Positions 1 to 10,188 of a stretch of DNA of 64,000 nucleotides are shown in pieces. The stretch is from Candidatus Heimdallarchaeota archaeon (lineage in GTDB: Archaea > Asgardarchaeota > Heimdallarchaeia > Hodarchaeales > Hodarchaeaceae). The notes beneath the pieces are model-generated. The model saw only the letters and a program-made list of their open reading frames with translations. It searched no databases and had not been told where the DNA came from. Each line of letters starts with the position of its first letter. The stretch's first letter is position 1. The position numbers were made by a program, and so were the translations under genes. The stretch spans positions 1-64,000 of the forward strand of contig DXJL01000066.1 of NCBI GenBank assembly GCA_019057635.1, given 5' to 3'.

Positions 1-233
1 ACATCTCTAAGTTGATTGGTTGCTTCACCCAGAGATATTGTTTGCTCTATTTTTTTGATTTCTTCCTTGTTTTTAATATAAACAGCTTTTCGTTCGCAAT
101 TAGGACAGAAAATGTTTTCATTCTTTTTAAAGAGAGGAACTGCACAATCAGGACAAGATTCCCCTAACATAGTTGCGCCTGATAGTAATAGTTGACTCAT
201 TTTGGATAGATCAGGTTCCTTTTTTCTTCCCAT
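1..233 (-). CDS. UPF0148 / Sjogren autoantigen-1 family Zn-ribbon protein (partial, runs off window start)
   Basis: Manual translation MGRKKEPDLSKMSQLLLSGATMLGESCPDCAVPLFKKNENIFCPNCERK...; GATML + CxxC...CxxC; lies directly downstream of valS. Confidence 0.8.
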   Translation of the reverse strand, partial: MGRKKEPDLSKMSQLLLSGATMLGESCPDCAVPLFKKNENIFCPNCERKAVYIKNKEEIKKIEQTISLGEATNQLRD

Positions 234-252
234 ATTGGTCTTTCCTACCTAC

Positions 253-2832
253 TTAGAGTTTAAGCGAACAGTTTTCTTTGGTAATTAATCCTTCTATAGA
301 ATTATCTGGTTCACCCATTTTGATCGTTACGATATTGTGCATGATTTTTAGATCATTAGTGAATTTTTTTAACGATTTTGGTATGAAAACAAGACTAACA
401 GGCGCTTTTAAGGATAGAACTTTGTCTTTTTTTGCTTTCCAAATAGCAGAATCGAGTGTAAGAAGATCCTCAGTCAATGTTTGCTCTTCTGTACTAGGAT
501 TGTCTGGTTGAGGCAAATTTTCAAGATGAATACTATTTTCAGGATCATATAATGATTGAAAAATCTTTTCTGTCACAAAAGGTACAATAGGAGCTAGTAG
601 TTTCAAGATTACCTGAAGAGAGGTGTGTAAACTATACCGTGCACTTTGTATTGAAATTTTTGACATGTTTTCTTCTCCATAGGCACGAGATTTGACAAGT
701 TCAATATAGTGTGCTGCGAATAGATTCCAGACCCAATTATAGAGATTTTCTGCTGGAACTGAGAAATCAAGCTTTGCATACCCGTTCAAGCATCTATTAG
801 TGAGAGCGTCTAAACTGGCTAGAAGCCATTGATCCACTGGTTCTAGTTTTTTAGGACGCTCTTCATTTGGGAAAATTGAAATGAATCGTGAAATATTCCA
901 TAATTTTGTTATAAATTTAGCATTTCCATCTAGTTTCGATAAAGAAAACCGAATATCTGAGCCATGACTTCCCTGGAGACATGAGGTGAGTCTTACACTA
1001 TCCGCTCCATAATACAGATTGGGTGTTTGTTTTCCAGAAAATTTTGGAGAAGGTTCTAATTTTGCAATTACTTTCCAGCTATCTTTGTCTGGGCGGAGAG
1101 TTTTTGGAGTATTTTTAGGTATAACTTGAGGTTGGAGGAATAATAAAGGGTCAACACTATTTCCCTCACTTTTTGACATTTTTCCACCATACGGATCTCG
1201 TACTAGGCCTGAAATCCATACTTGTCTAAACGGAGGTTTCTTGAACAGATGAAATGATCTTAGTATAGTATAAAACAACCAAGTTCTTACAATTTCTTTC
1301 CCTTGGGGACGAACAGAACAGGGGAAATTTTCTTCAAAAAATCGTTGGTCTTTATCCTGAAAAAATATTTCTCCAAAGTTACATGCAGCTAATTCAGAAA
1401 TAGATGAATCAAACCAAGTATCAAACGTTCTTACTTCTCCCTGAGAATTCTTCAGAGATTTTCCACACTTTATGCATTTGGTCATTGGTGATTGTTCTTT
1501 CCATGCATCATAATATCGATCTAGTTCTTCCTCTTTCGGTACATTCGGGGTCTGACAATTTATGCAGTACCAAATCGGAATTGAAGTCCCATAAAATCGT
1601 CTTCGACTAATTGCCCAATCAGTGTTGATTGTATTAATCCAATTATCTAATATGATTTTGTTTGATTTGGGGAAGAAATCCATTTTCTCTACAATTTCTT
1701 TTATCTCAGGAATGACTTCAAGTTGTTTAATATAATACTCTTCCATGGTAATAATTTCGATAGGGGTTTTGGACCTCCAACAGACTGGTACCCTTCTTAG
1801 TGTTTTAGTGGATTGTATGAGGGATCTATTCTTCTTTAAATCTTCGATGATTGCAATTTGTGCCTCTTTCACTAACATCCCGCTATAATTTTCTCCTACC
1901 TCGTTTATTCGTCCATCTGCATCTATAACTGTCTTTGGATTGGTGATACCTTCTTCCCGAAGTATTTTTACATCAGATTTATCCCCAAAGGCACAAATCA
2001 TCATGATTCCTGTTCCAAATTCAGGATCTGCTTCCCTGTGTTTCCGAATGGGAATCTTTTTCTTAAATAAGGGAGTGATGGCATATTTTCCCTCTAAATC
2101 TGTGTATCTTGAATCAGTTGGATGATAGATTATTAACTCACATGTAGGTATTAACTCTGGTCTTGTTGTGGAAATTGTTATAGTTTCATCAGAATTTTCA
2201 ACACTGAAAATTATTTCATGTAAGAATGATTCATTTTCAGTGTATTCAATTTCCGCATCAGCTATAGTTGTCCCACAATCAACGCACCAGTTATTCGGTC
2301 TAGTTGCATGTGTGATCAGTCCAGTATGCCAAGCTCTAAGGAATGTCCGTTGCGTATTAAATCGATACTGAGGGGAGTCTGTCTGATAATATATCTCTGG
2401 TGAACCATAAAATGAATTACAGGAGAGTCCCATCCATTTCATAACTTGAATGGTGTTTTCTTCTGCTATGTCTAGTTCTCGTTTGCAAATCTGTAAAAAT
2501 TCTTCTCTATCCATTTCATGCATTGATTTATTGAGCTTTTGTTCTACTTTAACTTCTACAGGTAACCCATTCCTATCAGCACAGGCTGGAAATATAACAT
2601 TATTTCCTTGCATTCGATAATAACGTGCGATCATGTCAATTTGAGCATAATGAATAGCGAATCCCAGATGTGCACGACCCGATACATAAGGAGGAGGAGT
2701 ATCAATAATGTAAACAGGCTTTTTGGAGTCCTCAATAAATTTAAATGTTTCAGATTCAGCCCAATATTGGATAATCTCTCTTTCACTACTTGCTTTCCAC
2801 CGTTTCATCTTGATTTTTGGTTTTAGTGCCAT
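253..2832 (-). CDS. valS: Valine--tRNA ligase
   Basis: IDTPPPYVSG-HLGF (HIGH-like), TTRPE, GTGIMM, DWAISRRR, DTWFDSS, RPQGKEI, KMSKS. Confidence 0.95.
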   Translation of the reverse strand: MALKPKIKMKRWKASSEREIIQYWAESETFKFIEDSKKPVYIIDTPPPYVSGRAHLGFAIHYAQIDMIARYYRMQGNNVIFPACADRNGLPVEVKVEQKLNKSMHEMDREEFLQICKRELDIAEENTIQVMKWMGLSCNSFYGSPEIYYQTDSPQYRFNTQRTFLRAWHTGLITHATRPNNWCVDCGTTIADAEIEYTENESFLHEIIFSVENSDETITISTTRPELIPTCELIIYHPTDSRYTDLEGKYAITPLFKKKIPIRKHREADPEFGTGIMMICAFGDKSDVKILREEGITNPKTVIDADGRINEVGENYSGMLVKEAQIAIIEDLKKNRSLIQSTKTLRRVPVCWRSKTPIEIITMEEYYIKQLEVIPEIKEIVEKMDFFPKSNKIILDNWINTINTDWAISRRRFYGTSIPIWYCINCQTPNVPKEEELDRYYDAWKEQSPMTKCIKCGKSLKNSQGEVRTFDTWFDSSISELAACNFGEIFFQDKDQRFFEENFPCSVRPQGKEIVRTWLFYTILRSFHLFKKPPFRQVWISGLVRDPYGGKMSKSEGNSVDPLLFLQPQVIPKNTPKTLRPDKDSWKVIAKLEPSPKFSGKQTPNLYYGADSVRLTSCLQGSHGSDIRFSLSKLDGNAKFITKLWNISRFISIFPNEERPKKLEPVDQWLLASLDALTNRCLNGYAKLDFSVPAENLYNWVWNLFAAHYIELVKSRAYGEENMSKISIQSARYSLHTSLQVILKLLAPIVPFVTEKIFQSLYDPENSIHLENLPQPDNPSTEEQTLTEDLLTLDSAIWKAKKDKVLSLKAPVSLVFIPKSLKKFTNDLKIMHNIVTIKMGEPDNSIEGLITKENCSLKL

Positions 2833-3239
2833 GTTTTTCTCCTCAGATCATATATTTGGCTTGGGGCCCGTTCTTTTGAATTATTTTGTCTAACAAAGTA
2901 ATGAATGCCAGAAAAATCGAAATAATAAAAATCGTGCTTAGACAATACAGGCTTATTACCAAATAAGTCCAATAAATTATGTTGTATGAGAATAAACTGT
3001 GGTTTCCTTTTAGCGGATTGATGTAGAAGGAGTAACAAAACGATCCCAGCTATTTACCACAATAATTCACCACATTTAATCAAATAAGGGAACTCCTTTT
3101 AAAGTTTAATTTTTCAATTCTTAGTTACTCAATAGAAAATGAACAAAGTTTCGTATCTGATATTCCCTCTTTATGTTATTTCAGAGTTGAATTCCTAGTA
3201 TTTCCAAATAGATTTGCTAGTCAATATTTTTTTTCTCGG

Positions 3240-4352
3240 GTGTTTCAACGAATGGCTACTGATATACTCGCTGAAGAACAGCTTAAGCTTGAGTTGCTTC
3301 GTGTATTATCCAAATATTTTTTAAGACAACTTGAGAATCTTCTGAGGGATAAAACAGGTGCATTCTTTCCTGTTGATCGTCTGTCAAACATAGAATTAGG
3401 TAAAAGATTAGGTAAGAGGAAAGAATTACAATTAATGACCGTAACTGTCCGTGATACGCTCCAAAATAGAGAATTTAAAGTCGATCTGGCTTTTAAATTT
3501 CATGAAAACTCAGATGCAGCGATCGAGGAAGCTAATGGAGCAGCTTGGCTAGAAAATCTTTTAAAAACTAATAATAGACTTAAAACTGCACAATTATTGT
3601 ATTTTTCTCAAGAACATTCCTTATTAATATATGAAGGACTATCAAACCCCACTGAGTTCTTTGAGAATGAATTAGACCTACCTCAAAAGCTTTTTCTTGC
3701 AGGGAGTGCGCTCCCCTATATTCATGGTCTTTTCGAGCAAAATGTTGTCGTCGATCGTTACCTACATCTGATAACGGAAACCTTAAATGGATTAAATATA
3801 TCTCCAAATGATCGTGATGAGTTAAATTATCTATTTAAACACCCTTTAAAGCAAATGGGTCTAAGCTTAGCAGGAGCCCATTGCTTTGGTGATTTTCATC
3901 CTGGTAATTTAATGTTTTATGAATCAGATACACCTCATGCAAATACAGGTGATATCCGGATAGATAAAACAATCATATACCTTATCGATCCTGCTTTTAT
4001 AGAAAGAGACAGTTTTGTTGATCGTGCAGAGGACGTAGGAACGTTTTTTTCAAAATTCGCCTATAATAACTTTTCTCTTACCCAAAATTTTGATAAGACA
4101 GTATCAGATATCGAATTGTTTTGTAAAGGTTATGATTATACATGTTCTTATAATGGAGTGTATTTCCCCGATTATTATCCAGAAGGTACAACATTTGATT
4201 TTCACATTGCATTAGGGATACTAATTGAAAGCCTGTTCAAGACTCGATTGACCGGGTACTCCCCTCCTGATTCTGTGAGTCCGTTGGTCCAAACAAGTAT
4301 CGAGGCTGCGAAATACATACTCGAGAGACGTCCTTTTCAGATCTATGGCTAA
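3240..4352 (+). CDS. Aminoglycoside phosphotransferase/choline kinase-like small-molecule kinase (likely start ATG 3252)
   Basis: HCFGDFHPGN Brenner-type catalytic loop, LIDP metal-binding motif, upstream AFKF lysine. Confidence 0.65.
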   Translation: MFQRMATDILAEEQLKLELLRVLSKYFLRQLENLLRDKTGAFFPVDRLSNIELGKRLGKRKELQLMTVTVRDTLQNREFKVDLAFKFHENSDAAIEEANGAAWLENLLKTNNRLKTAQLLYFSQEHSLLIYEGLSNPTEFFENELDLPQKLFLAGSALPYIHGLFEQNVVVDRYLHLITETLNGLNISPNDRDELNYLFKHPLKQMGLSLAGAHCFGDFHPGNLMFYESDTPHANTGDIRIDKTIIYLIDPAFIERDSFVDRAEDVGTFFSKFAYNNFSLTQNFDKTVSDIELFCKGYDYTCSYNGVYFPDYYPEGTTFDFHIALGILIESLFKTRLTGYSPPDSVSPLVQTSIEAAKYILERRPFQIYG

Positions 4353-4405
4353 CTGGACTTTAGATGAGAAGCGTGATTGTAGGATATTGAACAAGTCTAG
4401 ACTTT

Positions 4406-5302
4406 CTAGAGAATTCCCTCAATTATTGAGAATCCAATTAGAGCGATAATTCCGCTGAATAGTGCAGAACTGATATTCACAAGGTCGTTTGTCACTAAAC
4501 GATATCCCTTTAGAAAACTTGTTTTATTTCCACATTTATGAATTTGTCTTTCAGTTACTTTCTGACAGTGTTCACAATAATATAATCCTTGGATCGTGGC
4601 CCCTTCAAAAGAATCAATAAGACCACCTAATGTACCTGCGAAAGTTAAGAAAATGAACTGAACTATCATATGAATAAGTGATATATTAGAATGAAGTAAT
4701 AATTGTAGTAGGAATATTAATGATATAATCATAGAACCTACTATTCCGGCACTTGTGCCTTTTAGTGTCACTCCTCCACTTGTACCTTTTGGTACTTCTT
4801 TTTTAAGATCAGTTATAAGCCTAGGTACACCTGATGTGCTGATTCCTACTTCAGTCATCCATGTATCGGAATTGTGAGTTGCTAGTGACGCAAATGCTGC
4901 ATATATCAATGGAGAAACGAATAAAAAGGAAAAATTACCAGATTTTTCAATGAATGGAAAGAAATCAATCGATAAAAACATGATTCCGAATAATAAAGCT
5001 GGAAGGCTATTTGATAGCACTTGAATGGCATCACGTGTGGAATCTTTTGAAAATTCAGCTGTTATCATCTGTTTCTGAGGTGTACTCTGTTTTGAGATTA
5101 GTGAGGACGTTAGAAAAAACGCTAATAAAGCGCACCAAAGAAATGGTGAAACAATATACGTCATAATAGCAATAGTTGCCCCTGTTAGAATACCTCCTGG
5201 CATGGTGAGTAATTTTAGTTTGATAATTATGAATAATAAGGGAAAATTGAAAATAACTCCCCAAAATAAAGCTTGTAAAAGATATTCAACAATTATACTC
5301 AT
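4406..5302 (-). CDS. DUF92/TMEM19 family membrane protein
   Basis: RDAIQVLSN, NSDTWMTEVG, VPKGTSGGVTLKG, DSFEGATIQ, NDLVN motifs; many TM helices. Confidence 0.9.
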   Translation of the reverse strand: MSIIVEYLLQALFWGVIFNFPLLFIIIKLKLLTMPGGILTGATIAIMTYIVSPFLWCALLAFFLTSSLISKQSTPQKQMITAEFSKDSTRDAIQVLSNSLPALLFGIMFLSIDFFPFIEKSGNFSFLFVSPLIYAAFASLATHNSDTWMTEVGISTSGVPRLITDLKKEVPKGTSGGVTLKGTSAGIVGSMIISLIFLLQLLLHSNISLIHMIVQFIFLTFAGTLGGLIDSFEGATIQGLYYCEHCQKVTERQIHKCGNKTSFLKGYRLVTNDLVNISSALFSGIIALIGFSIIEGIL

Positions 5303-5413
5303 CTAAAGATACATTCCTTCATTTCCACTAATTTATAGATAGAGATAGATCATTATTATTTCACTAAGTTGATTTTTCAGCAGAAATTAGAATATTGTGA
5401 TTGTTGAGGCAAA

Positions 5414-5722
5414 ATGCTTGAGTATAAAGCTAAACTCGTTGGGATTACTGTAGTGCGTGTTAACGAAGCATATACCTCCTAACAATGTAGTAAGTGTGGT
5501 CATGTGAAAAAACGGAATCGAAAATTGCGTGGTTCCTTCTACTGTCAGGGTTGCGGTTTTTGTCTAAACACCGATCACAATACTTTTCATCATATTCTTC
5601 AAAGTGTAACTATTGATTCCCAAGTAGTCCTAACTGGTAGTGTACCTTCCAATGTATCTGGTCTGCCCGATAGCGGATGTGTGACTCATCTTGTCCAGAA
5701 TTCTTATAAAAGAGTTGGCTGA
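5414..5722 (+). pseudogene. tnpB: IS200/IS605-family TnpB C-terminal remnant
   Basis: MLEYKAKLVGITVVRVNEAYTS*QCSKCGH...FYCQGCGFCLNTDHN: RuvC-II region, Zn finger and RuvC-III-like motif; in-frame TAA at 5480; N-terminus absent. Confidence 0.85.
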
Positions 5723-5967
5723 TAAATTTAGTCATCAGATATAAATTCACAGCTAAGTTGGTGTATCTGCCTTCGTTGATAAGCCCTGCTAATGATATTA
5801 AAAGTTATCAGCAAAAATCAGCATCAAGTAGCTTTCCCAAGAAGATATGACCATTGAGGTTTGAGCTATGTATTTTATTGAATATGACGTTGATTTATAC
5901 AATTCTCTATGCTTATCCAGTTTTTCCCTAGAATAAACTCAAACGAAGACTAGAAGAGGTCTATCGC

Positions 5968-8900
5968 GTGGAACAATTGACTAATGATGATAAGTGGGAA
6001 GTCCTTAAATCCATGTATAATGAATTTGGATTAGTAAGGCAACATCTTTTCTCCTTCAATGAATTTGTCGAAAAGAAACTGAATGAAATAGTTCAGGAAC
6101 GACCCAAGATTGAACCGGATATTGAAGGATTTTATGTAAAACTGGAGGGGATCGAAGTTGGAGAGCCTTCTGTGAGGGAAGCTGACGGTTCTGAACGAAC
6201 TATATATCCCATGGAAGCACGAGTGAGAAATTTAATTTACTCAGCTCCTTTGAATCTGAAAATGCGACCTGTATATGTCGATGCAGGAATTGAGAAGGAG
6301 GAGGAAGTTATTGTTGCATACATTGGTAGATTACCAATTATGTTAAAATCAAATTCTTGTTTATTACACAACCTATCCACTGACGAACTTACACGATTAG
6401 GAGAAGATCCTGAAGATCCTGGTGGTTATTTCATAATTAATGGATCAGAAAGAGTTATTGTAACTCAAGAATATTTGGTTTCAAATCGTGTATTAGTTGA
6501 TGAAGGACGGAAAGGATCTTCTACAACCGCGGTTGCGAAAGTATTCAGCACCGTAGCAGGTTTTCGATCCTTGGTATCTGTTCAGAGAAGGAAGGATGGA
6601 CGATTACTTGTAAATTTCTTCAGTGTTCCAAGACCTCTTCCTTTAGCTGTCTTAATCAAGGCATTGGGGGTTACGATAGATAGAGATATCGCCAATTTAG
6701 TCAGTAATGATCCTGAGCTTATTCAGGAGTTATTACCTACATTGCGAGAAGCAGCAGAAATTGTAGATCAGGAAGAAGCGTTAGATTTTATCGGTAAACG
6801 AGTTGCCGTGGGACAAACTCGCCAATATCGAATTCTACGAGCTAAACAGGTGTTAGATAATTATCTCCTACCGCATGTAGGTAAGGATGCTAGTTACCGA
6901 AAACAAAAAGCACTATATCTTGCTCAAATGGCACTAAAAGTAATTAAACTAAATTTAAAAAGAATTGAAGCTGATGATAAAGATCATTATGCGAATAAAC
7001 GATTGAAACTTGCTGGTGAAATGTTAACAAGTCTCTTCCGTGTTGCCTTCCATTCCCTATATCGTGATATTAAGTATCAACTGGAAAAAGGTGCGAGAAG
7101 AGGTAAATTGCCCAATTTACGTGTAGCTATGAGAGCCGATGTTATTACAGAACGAATTCGACATGCTCTCGCGACAGGTAATTGGGTAGGTGGGAAGGCT
7201 GGAGTATCACAATTATTAGATCGTACTAATCACATGTCTACTTACAGTCATCTTAGGCGAGTTATTAGCCCTCTTATCCGAAGTCAGGCTCACTTTGAGG
7301 CTCGAGATTTACATGCCACTCATTGGGGGAAGATATGTCCTAATGAAACTCCAGAAGGCCCCAATTGTGGACTAGTGAAAAATCTCGCAATGCAAGCATA
7401 TATTTCTATCGGTACACCTGACGAACCAGTTAAAGAATTTATCTATCAAAATTGTAAATCTATTCCAGTTGCCGAAGCCATTGATCATCAAGGTATTCAG
7501 ATTTTATTAAACGGAAATCTTATTGGTACTACTAGAGATCCACTTGAAACTTTTACAATAATTAGGAATGCTAGAAGAACTAATAAACTATATCATGAAA
7601 TCAATCTTGCTTATTTCGAGGAAAATCATGTTATTTCAATCAATACAGATGAAGGACGTGTACGTAGACCACTTATTATCCTTGATCCTTCTGAAAAATC
7701 TGATCAACCCTCAGTTCCGAGACTGAAAATGGGCCACATTGAGAAGTTAAGGAAGGGAGATATTAAATTTTCAGATTTGTTGAGAGAAGGTGTACTAGAA
7801 TTCCTTGATGCAGAGGAAGAAGAAAATTCTTATATTGCCATGACGTTAGATGATATCGAATCTAATCATACTCATGTAGAAATTTCTCCATCAGCAATTT
7901 TAGGTATATGTGCTTCAATTATTCCTTATGCAGAACATAATCAATCTCCCCGTAATACATATGAAGCGGGAATGACAAAGCAAGCTCTAGGATTATATGC
8001 TTCAAACTTCTATTTCCGAACAGATCGTCGGGCTCATATCTTACAAGCTCCCCAAATTCCTTTAGTTGGTAGTAAACCTATGGAAGTTATTGGATTCAAC
8101 GATCGACCTGCTGGACAGAATTTTATAGTAGCTATTCTTAGTTTTCAAGGTTATAATATTGAAGATGCTATTATTTTAAATCGTGCCAGTGTCCAAAGAG
8201 GACTAGCACGTAGTCATTTCTTCCGTTCTTATGTCGGCGAGGAGAAGAAATATTTAGGGGGTCAAGAAGACAGGTTTGAAATCCCACAGAAGGGTGTCCG
8301 AGGGTATCGTGCAAAAGAAGTCTATCGTCATTTAAGTGAGGTAGATGGAATCATTGAACCTGAAATAGAAGTTGGAGGAGGAGATATTTTAGTTGGGCGA
8401 ACTTCCAGACCACGATTCTTAGAAGAATATATAGAACTTGATTCATTTGAGTCAGCAACTCCCCAGCGAAGAGAGACAAGTCTTGCTATTCGTCATGGAG
8501 AGAAAGGTATTGTGGATTCTGTAATATTAACGGAAACTTCTGAAGGAAGTACACTTGTCAAAATTAAAGTTCGTGATCAACGAGTACCTGAATTAGGTGA
8601 CAAATTTGCATCGCGTCACGGTCAAAAAGGAATAATTGGGAATGTTGTTCCACAGAGTGATATGCCCTTTACAGAAGAAGGTATTGTACCAGATTTAATC
8701 ATTAATCCACATGCCATTCCAAGTCGTATGACTGTTGGGCAAATTATTGAATGTATGAGTGCGATTGTTGCTTGTTACGAAGGAAAACAAATTGATGCCA
8801 CCCTATTTGAATCCCCAGATCCAGAAGATATTGGAGATAGATTACGAAAATTAGGATTTCATCCCTACGCAGAATCGATTATGTATGATGGTATGACAGG

Positions 8901-9339
8901 ACAGAAACTTCCCTCACGAATCTTCATCGGACCAACTTATTATCAGAAGTTACATCATCTAGTTTCTGATAAGATTCATGCACGGGCACGTGGTCCCATT
9001 CAAATCCTCACTCGTCAGCCTACAGAGGGACGTGCGCGAGAAGGAGGGCTTAGATTTGGAGAAATGGAACGTGATTGTTTGATTGGGCACGGAGCGGCAT
9101 TATTATTAAAAGAACGATTACTTGAGGAGTCTGATAAAACAGAGATCTTTATATGTGAGACCTGTGGTGTCATCGCTACTTGGGATCGTAAAAAGGATCA
9201 AACTTATTGCAGTATTTGTGGAAATGTAGATACTGGGATTTATAAAATTGCAATATCTTATGCTTTTAAATTGCTGTTGCAGGAATTAATGGCTCTGACA
9301 ATAAAGCCTCAAATTGTTTTAGCAGATAGTACGTATTAA
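5968..9339 (+). CDS. rpo2: DNA-directed RNA polymerase subunit B (unsplit Rpo2)
   Basis: GGYFIINGSERV, ETPEGPNCGL, GDKFASRHGQKG, GGLRFGEMERD, C-terminal Zn ribbon. Confidence 0.98.
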   Translation: MEQLTNDDKWEVLKSMYNEFGLVRQHLFSFNEFVEKKLNEIVQERPKIEPDIEGFYVKLEGIEVGEPSVREADGSERTIYPMEARVRNLIYSAPLNLKMRPVYVDAGIEKEEEVIVAYIGRLPIMLKSNSCLLHNLSTDELTRLGEDPEDPGGYFIINGSERVIVTQEYLVSNRVLVDEGRKGSSTTAVAKVFSTVAGFRSLVSVQRRKDGRLLVNFFSVPRPLPLAVLIKALGVTIDRDIANLVSNDPELIQELLPTLREAAEIVDQEEALDFIGKRVAVGQTRQYRILRAKQVLDNYLLPHVGKDASYRKQKALYLAQMALKVIKLNLKRIEADDKDHYANKRLKLAGEMLTSLFRVAFHSLYRDIKYQLEKGARRGKLPNLRVAMRADVITERIRHALATGNWVGGKAGVSQLLDRTNHMSTYSHLRRVISPLIRSQAHFEARDLHATHWGKICPNETPEGPNCGLVKNLAMQAYISIGTPDEPVKEFIYQNCKSIPVAEAIDHQGIQILLNGNLIGTTRDPLETFTIIRNARRTNKLYHEINLAYFEENHVISINTDEGRVRRPLIILDPSEKSDQPSVPRLKMGHIEKLRKGDIKFSDLLREGVLEFLDAEEEENSYIAMTLDDIESNHTHVEISPSAILGICASIIPYAEHNQSPRNTYEAGMTKQALGLYASNFYFRTDRRAHILQAPQIPLVGSKPMEVIGFNDRPAGQNFIVAILSFQGYNIEDAIILNRASVQRGLARSHFFRSYVGEEKKYLGGQEDRFEIPQKGVRGYRAKEVYRHLSEVDGIIEPEIEVGGGDILVGRTSRPRFLEEYIELDSFESATPQRRETSLAIRHGEKGIVDSVILTETSEGSTLVKIKVRDQRVPELGDKFASRHGQKGIIGNVVPQSDMPFTEEGIVPDLIINPHAIPSRMTVGQIIECMSAIVACYEGKQIDATLFESPDPEDIGDRLRKLGFHPYAESIMYDGMTGQKLPSRIFIGPTYYQKLHHLVSDKIHARARGPIQILTRQPTEGRAREGGLRFGEMERDCLIGHGAALLLKERLLEESDKTEIFICETCGVIATWDRKKDQTYCSICGNVDTGIYKIAISYAFKLLLQELMALTIKPQIVLADSTY

Positions 9340-9344
9340 TTAAG

Positions 9345-9551
9345 GTGGTAATTATGGGAATCGATAGTAGTAGAATGGGTTCGGCAAGTTTTTACAAAAG
9401 GGCGCTGCGAATACTGAGGATTGCTAAAAAGCCTGATCGGTCAGAAGTATCGCTAGTTATTAAAATAACAGTCGCTGGAATGGCGATATTAGGGTTTATC
9501 GCATTTGTCATTCGTTTTATTATATTTGTATTGCTTGGCCGTGAATTATAG
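9345..9551 (+). CDS. secE: Preprotein translocase SecE/Sec61 gamma
   Basis: RILRIAKKPDRSE followed by a single TM (GMAILGFIAF); precedes spt5. Confidence 0.9.
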   Translation: MVIMGIDSSRMGSASFYKRALRILRIAKKPDRSEVSLVIKITVAGMAILGFIAFVIRFIIFVLLGREL

Positions 9552-9589
9552 AGAAATCTGGTTTTGAACTCATTTTAATGTGAAATTAT

Positions 9590-10072
9590 GTGGTTAGAAT
9601 GCTAGAAAAATATGGTATATATTGTTATAAGGTGAAAAAAGGCCAAGAGTTCAATGCCGCAGAATCATTAGCACAATATGCTGATGTTCATCGTTTCGAT
9701 ATAAATACAGTTCTTGTTACTGAGATTCAAGGGTACCTGTTCATTGAGGGGAATATTCAAGACATTTTAAAAGCAGTTGATAATGTTCATTATGTCAGTA
9801 AACAGTTGGGTCGTGTTCCAATTTCTGAATTAGAAAATCAGTTGGTTCCTACTCCAGTAATAGAAGGATTAAAACCAGGAGATATAGTCGAAATCACAGA
9901 AGGGCCCTTCAAAGGGAGTCAAGCGCGAATTTCTTCTATTTATCAAGCTCGTGAGGAGATTACAGTTGATTTATTAACCAGTAGTGTTACAATTCCAATA
10001 GTACTTCATGCTGATTCTGTAAAATTAATCCAACCGAGTGAAGAAGAGGACGAGACTGAACTTGAGTTATAA
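9590..10072 (+). CDS. spt5: Transcription elongation factor Spt5/NusG
   Basis: NGN domain (GQE, GYLFIE) plus KOW (GDIVEITEGPFKG). Confidence 0.92.
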   Translation: MVRMLEKYGIYCYKVKKGQEFNAAESLAQYADVHRFDINTVLVTEIQGYLFIEGNIQDILKAVDNVHYVSKQLGRVPISELENQLVPTPVIEGLKPGDIVEITEGPFKGSQARISSIYQAREEITVDLLTSSVTIPIVLHADSVKLIQPSEEEDETELEL

Positions 10073-10188
10073 CTGTGTCTAACTACTAGAGCCTAACTTA
10101 TTAATCGTGAATAAAGGAAGCCTAGACGAAGAAGACATTCTGCAGGAGTCTCGATACTTCGAGTTCTAACTGCTAAATTAGCGAAAGT

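Noticed and set aside
2823-3038. 71-aa ORF upstream of valS
   Set aside because: No recognisable motifs; lies in the probable promoter region
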